64,000 nucleotides of DNA from Octopus vulgaris (Eukaryota). The stretch spans positions 101,184,001 through 101,248,000 of the forward strand of contig OX597822.1 in assembly GCA_951406725.2 (NCBI GenBank), read 5' to 3'. This document shows positions 54,870 through 64,000 of the stretch, one piece after another; the first letter of the stretch is position 1; each line of letters opens with the position of its first letter. Below the pieces are notes generated by a model. That model saw only the letters and a list, made by a program, of their open reading frames with translations, searched no databases and had not been told where the DNA came from. The position numbers and the translations under genes were made by a program.

Positions 54870-55992
54870 GATCGCAAAAAATAAATGTATACACTCTTCA
54901 GGAAAGGAAAAGTCTATAAATATTTAACTTGTATAAGTCCCCCTATAAATATAGATACCTCTTCGTTGTTTTATCAAATTGTGATAACACTGAATAGATT
55001 GCAATAACATTTAAGTAAAATATCTATATTGACTTTTTTCATTTCCTGAACTGTACATACATACATACATACATACATACATACATACATACATACATAC
55101 ATACATACATACATACATACTGTGTAATTAAATACTACATTGCAAGATTAGAAAAAGAAAAATCGCTCTATGACCCATAATCATGGTTTACTTTGCTACT
55201 AAGTTGATCCAATTATCAGCCTTAGTCATATTTTCGAGTCACCTATAAACAATTTGTTTTATATTTTATATTCCATCTCTTTTTCCTTTTCTACAACACC
55301 TGATGTTCTAACTTGTCTTTCATTGCACACTGTTAATGCAAGTACACCCACACACACCCACACATACATATACATATACACACAGACACGCACACATGTA
55401 TGTAAATATTGACTTTATATTCATTTTAATATTCTCACACAAAACTTGGGCGATTCATTAAACGTTTGAGATTAAATTAAATCCTTAACAATAATGAATG
55501 ATTTCAGTTTTCTCTGTTTCTCTTCTTTGTCTTTTTAAAAATCAAATCAAAATGTTTCTGATTCCCGAACTTTCGAATTTACTCAATCTAAATTATGATT
55601 CAAGTAATCCCCAGGCAAATGAATTTCGATATCGTGTAAGCCAATAAGCATATAAAAACATTTAAGAAACGCGAGGTGGTGAAAACAAAAGATCTATAGG
55701 CCTGTGTGCCTGAGACATATCAAAGTAAATGTTAGATCGATAAATATGTGTGGGTTTACAGAATAATAAATGTCAAAGAAGATCTGCTGCGCAATAAAGG
55801 AAACTATATGAGTAGAGCTGTAGGAAATCCCCGAAAGACTGTTATACGATTGATGAATTTTTTAACCACTGAAACTGGCGGACATTTGCGATAATATCAC
55901 GTATGTTATGAGGCATTGGTCTATGAATGTAGGAGGAACTATTCTTTACTATGTGAGCTGTTATGAAGAAACCTAAGCAGAATTATAATCGC

Positions 55993-56200
55993 CTGTGCTG
56001 GCAGAAACGGTAGCACGCCGGGTGAAATGCGTAGCCGCATTTTGTCTGCCGTTACGTTCTGAGTTCAAATTCCGCCGAGGTCGACTTTGCCTTTCATCCT
56101 TTCGGGGTCGATAAATAAAGTACCAGTTTCGCACCAGGATCGATGTAATCTGTCCTTGTTTATCCCTCTATGTTTAGCCCCTTGTGGGCAATAAAGAAAT
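55993..56200 (+). mobile_element. SINE family C
   Basis: GCTGGCAGAAACG..GAGTTCAAATTCCGCCGAGGTCGACTTTGCCTTTCATCC. Confidence 0.85.
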
Positions 56201-56359
56201 ATATATATTAGTTCCTTAATTTCAATTTTAAATTTATAATCCTTCCTTATATTGATTTCAAATTTTGATACAAAGCCAGCAATTTCGGTGGAAAGGGTTA
56301 AATCCATTACATCGAATCTAGTATTCTACTGGTACTTATTTTATCGACCCCCGAAAACA

Positions 56360-56645
56360 GCACAGCTTCCATGACTTTCGGAAACATTTTTTCATGCTAA
56401 GAGTTGCTGAAGCATGGAACAAACTGCCGGCATCAGTTGTTAGTTGTCGGAACACTGCATCCTTCAAAACTTCCATGCTTCCTGAGATTCACCAACACTA
56501 CACCTGATTTTCTCCCCTCCATACACACGCAAGCATGTATCTGACTCATTCACTGTTCGCTTTCCAGACATTTGTACATTACTGCATATGCTTTATACGC
56601 ACTTTTGACAAGTTGTGGTGCACCTGGGCACTGTATAGTATAATT

Positions 56646-56713
<68 letters not shown>

Positions 56714-56715
56714 AT
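56360..56715 (+). mobile_element. Short 3' fragment of a CR1-group LINE with a (TTA)n tail
   Basis: FRKHFFMLRVAEAWNKLPASVV..SFK, then a 3' UTR and TTA repeat. Confidence 0.7.
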
Positions 56716-56724
56716 TATTATTAT

Positions 56725-56777
<53 letters not shown>

Positions 56778-57237
56778 AGATTCTGTCTGCTCGTCTAAAA
56801 CAGAGTGATTATTTCCCATGTTAAAGCTGTAACAGCTAGCGGAACCACGTATGTCATACTTCTTTGCTCTGCTTGTTATAGGACATCAACACTGGGGAAG
56901 TAAACATATGATTAACCAGACTGATATTTAGGTTGTCGTTATTGCTGTGGTTTAACTCAGAGTCAGCCCCGATGTGTAGACTGAGCGGGGTTTACTAGAG
57001 CTGCTGTCTCCAGAACTCGGCTATTTTGCTTCATTTCTGGTGGATACGATAGATTCAGTCGAGTGCGCATATCCTCAAGTCTGCTATAAAGCTGATTCTG
57101 CTCCCTTAGCCTTTGACTGTAATGAACAAATGGCTGTGATTCTGTGTAACCATGGTATTGTAACATATTTTATTGTGTTCTGTGTGCATTATGATAAAGT
57201 ATTGTTTCGTAGTAAGTTTTAGTATGTAATATTAATT

Positions 57238-57880
57238 TCAAATTTTGGCACAAGACCAGCAATATCGTGGAAAGGGCTAAGTCTGTTATGTCGACCCCAG
57301 TGTTCAGCTGGTACTTATTTAATCGACCCCAAAAGGTGAACGGCAAAGTTGACCTCGGCGGAATTTGAACTCAGAACGTAGAGACGGGCGAAATGCTGTT
57401 AAGCATTTTGCCCGAAGTGCTAACGCTTCTTATTTCTTTATTGCCCACAAGGGGCTAAACATAGAGGGGACAAACAAGGACAGACAAAGGGATTAAGTCA
57501 ATTATATCGACCCCAGTACGTAACTGGTCCTTAATTTATCGACCCCGGAAGGATGAAAAGCAAAGTCGACCACGGCGGAATTTGAACTCACAATGTAACG
57601 GCAGACAAAATATTGCGAAGCATTTTGCCCGGCGCGCTTAACGTTTCTGCCAGCTCGCCACCTTGTGTTAGTATATAATGTTAGTTTCAAATTTTGGCAC
57701 AAGGCCAGCAATTTCGTGGTGGGTGAGAGGTGATAGGGGAGGTAGTTGCATCGACTCAAGTACTCAGCTGGTATTTATTTTATCGATTCCGAAAGGATGA
57801 CGGCATTTGAACTCAGAGCACGAAGACAGAAGAAATGACGTTAAGCGTTTTAACCGGCGCGGTAACGACTTTGCCAGCCT
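57238..57880 (-). mobile_element. SINE family C cluster (three monomers)
   Basis: Repeated CAAAGTCGACC..GGCGGAATTTGAACTC; youngest copy 57430-57662. Confidence 0.82.
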
Positions 57881-58100
57881 CTTTGTAGCCTGTAATATTA
57901 ACTATTATATAATATTACTCGATGTGTATTATTGTGTGTTATTATATATTTTTCAAGTATGTTATTTTCTTGCATCTTGTACTAATTTTTGTAATAAACG
58001 GTACGTTTCTTGTTGGGGAAGTCATGCATAACCTGCGTCATGCCTGGTCAAGTAAACTATATTCAAGAGCAATTTAACTTTGATCATCACGTTATTTCGC

Positions 58101-58300
58101 CTTTAGATTATTTTCAGCTATATCATTCCCTTTCCTTTTAATTTAATGCAGAGATCTTGTAGAGAAATTTGGCTGCTATTTCTAGAGGGTCACCATATAG
58201 CTTTAGATTATCTCCTGCTACATCATTCCTTTTCCTTTTAATTTAATGCGGAGATCTTGTAGAGAAATTTGGTTGCTCTTTCTAGCGGGTCACCGTATAG
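58101..58300 (+). repeat. Tandem duplication of ~100 bp
   Basis: CTTTAGATTAT..TTTAATTTAATGC.GAGATCTTGTAGAGAAATTTGG..GGGTCACC.TATAG occurs twice. Confidence 0.85.
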
Positions 58301-58735
58301 AGGTTTCATTTAGTTCGCCATGTATATCTGTTGTTTTAAAAATGTATTAATTATTATTGTACGCTGGTCGACAAAGACAATTTAATAGTAAATGCAATAA
58401 CATTCCATTGTATTAAAAAAAAATTAATTTCAGTTTAAATTCTAGACAAGAAAGTGTTTAAAACTACATTTATTCCATTAATAAACCGAGTGGTTAATGT
58501 TTCATACGCTCATACACAATGCGGTAAAAATCCTCAGGTTCGCTAGTCTTGAGAGACGGTTCGAAAGCAAATACACGATGTACACCGGTTCAAACAATAA
58601 TGCTGAATACAAAAATAAAAACGATGAAACATTAGCTAAGCAAAGAGACCATTGCTATCTGCATTATTTCACTGGTACCACAAGAATGACTGTGTCAAAT
58701 ATGGGAGATATTTAAGTTACATCTTTATATAAATA

Positions 58736-59812
<1,077 letters not shown>

Positions 59813-60335
59813 GTTATCGCTGACGGGTTACGGTCCTCCTTGTGTTTTTCCTAAGTTCTCGGTGTTGAATTACTGATTTCAGAATATTTCGTTTGTGATA
59901 ATTTACAAACGACCAAATGAAACTTAAACAAAATTGACTTGATTTTAAGAAAACAGACTTGTATTTAATTAAATTGAAAATATTAAAAGGTAATATAATA
60001 ATTACCCATAGTTTTATTATGCCTTAAACATTCATGTGTTCTAACAGTTTTTCCCGATTAAAACCAAGAGACAATTTTAAGGCAAGAATCTAATAATGTA
60101 ATCATATAATTCCATTAAACTTGTTTCTGATGAACGTAATAAGGAGAATGTATTCAGCATATTAAAAATATAGCCGTAGCAATAAAACTAATTTGATTAG
60201 TTTCGAGTAGAACAATTTAAATGAAGTCGTTCCATAAAGGGACACGTTTTTTCATTTATTATATTAAAGAACTAACGGGAAATTCCTGTGGTGTACATAA
60301 TTTGTCAACTGTGGGGTGGGAAAGGGGTGGTAATA

Positions 60336-60366
<31 letters not shown>

Positions 60367-60874
60367 AGAGAGAAAGGAGGGGCAGAGTGAGATGAGAGAG
60401 AGGAGGAATGGAGAGAGTGAGGGGAGAGAGAGGAAGGAGAGAGAGAGAGAGGAAGGAGAGAAAGAGATTCAAAGGAAATTTGTGAAAATGTGAACATGTA
60501 CACACACACACACATACGAACGCTTTTGGCACTCATGCACAGAGACCCCAATTAACTGCGTACGTGGTGTGTGTGTGTGTGTGTGTGTGTGTGAGTGTGC
60601 TTGCAGTGTGCTTGTATGTGCGCGTGGGTGCGCGTGGGTGCGCGGTTGCGTGACTTTAAGTGTGAGTGGAGAATATGCGCATATGTGTGCGCGCGCTATT
60701 AGCGTTTGTGTGTAAGGAACCGACAGAAGACCTTTATGAAAAGAAGTATTATTATCCCCTAGTAAAATATTTATTTCGGTTGTTCGAGCCATTTGTTAAA
60801 TTTATTCGATTTATTTTGTGGTGTTGTATACATGTAATTAGGTACTGGATATATTATTTGCTGTATGTATTTGT

Positions 60875-60911
<37 letters not shown>

Positions 60912-61256
60912 CATACATATGCAAACACGTATATACATAAATATGTATACATTATTTATATATTCATATTTATTTATATATATATTTTCATATAAATATA
61001 TATATACATATATATATATATAGGTATATATATATATATATATACACACACATACACACATACATATATACATATATATATATAAATACATAGACACACA
61101 CACACACACACATATATCAATATACATATACATACACACACGTATATACATAAATATGTATACTTATATATATTCGTATTTATTTATATATATTACATAT
61201 AAATATATACATACATATATATATGCGTATATATACACATATATTTATATATGCAT

Positions 61257-61287
<31 letters not shown>

Positions 61288-61309
61288 CATACATATATAT
61301 AAATACATA

Positions 61310-61374
<65 letters not shown>

Positions 61375-62224
61375 CGTTTATTTGTTTCAGCCTTCTTAGT
61401 CGGAACAAGTCGACCCCAGGACTTCTCTAATATTCGATTGTCGTTTCTAATTAAGCTGCGGAATATCAGCTAGCAATTATTAACGTAATTAGCTTTTTTT
61501 TTTTATTATAGACAAACGAAAGCAAAATTCTTGTACAACTCACTTGATTATTTTTTTTAAAATTCTTTTTATTCCTGTCTGATAATGTAAAACACAAAAC
61601 GTGTCGTCTGTCAGGATTTCATCTTCCAAAACATAGATTCAAAATTCAAAAATACAATGGAATATGAGCCAAAAATGTGCGATATATATAGGTATGCATT
61701 ATATATATATATATATATATTTATATATTAATAATAATAATATTAGGGAGTATAGCTCCAAATTTACAGGGAGTGTAAGTAGTGGTTTTACTTACTACAT
61801 TATATTTACTTATCATATTATATTTATCATTCTTTTTATACTTTTTAAAATAGAAGGAAATATATATATATATATATATATTATATTATTTATATTTATA
61901 TTATTTATATTTATATTATTTGTTATTTAGGTATTGGTATATGTCTATCACTGTTTGAGTTGCATAATAGTGGTTTTATCTCTAGTTCATATTCTATATA
62001 TTTATATATTATGCACACACACACACACACGCACACACACACACAGAGGTACAAACACACATGCACACACATATATCCTTTGAGTTCGTATATGTGAAAC
62101 GCGTTTAAGCTCGCTCAGAAAAATTCCTATTTTATTCCGCCTTCAGAGTAATTTTATGGGATGTTTATTAGTAATGGTGCTGCTATAGCGCAGGATGAAT
62201 ATAGTAAAACTATCTATCTATCTG

Positions 62225-63985
<1,761 letters not shown>

Positions 63986-64000
63986 ATCTATCTATCTATC

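Noticed and set aside
60560-60720. CpG-rich alternating purine-pyrimidine patch as a promoter
   Set aside because: It is explained by decayed TG/CG microsatellite, and no downstream gene is supported.

Overview
AT-rich eukaryotic DNA saturated with microsatellites. The SINE families and the (TA)n/(TATC)n/(TTA)n density suggest an octopus or other cephalopod genome (inference). No host protein-coding gene can be called confidently; only a few weak minus-strand exon candidates are seen. The window is mostly transposons. It holds a near-full-length but frameshifted CR1-group LINE whose ORF1 has a CCCH-like zinc finger and whose 3' tail is shared with an abundant SINE. It also holds a complete DD37D (maT) transposon with one nonsense codon, mariner/Tigger remnants, CR1, HERO-like and Tx1/L1 fragments, four SINE families, and many Penelope-like (PLE) terminal fragments, often inverted, carrying minimal type I hammerhead-ribozyme motifs. 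The dominant structure is a 12.25-kb array of 14 nearly identical ~870-bp units plus an 83-bp terminal redundancy (30578-42829) in a TA microsatellite; the unit resembles a PLE 3' end. All comparisons were made by eye, and family names need database confirmation.
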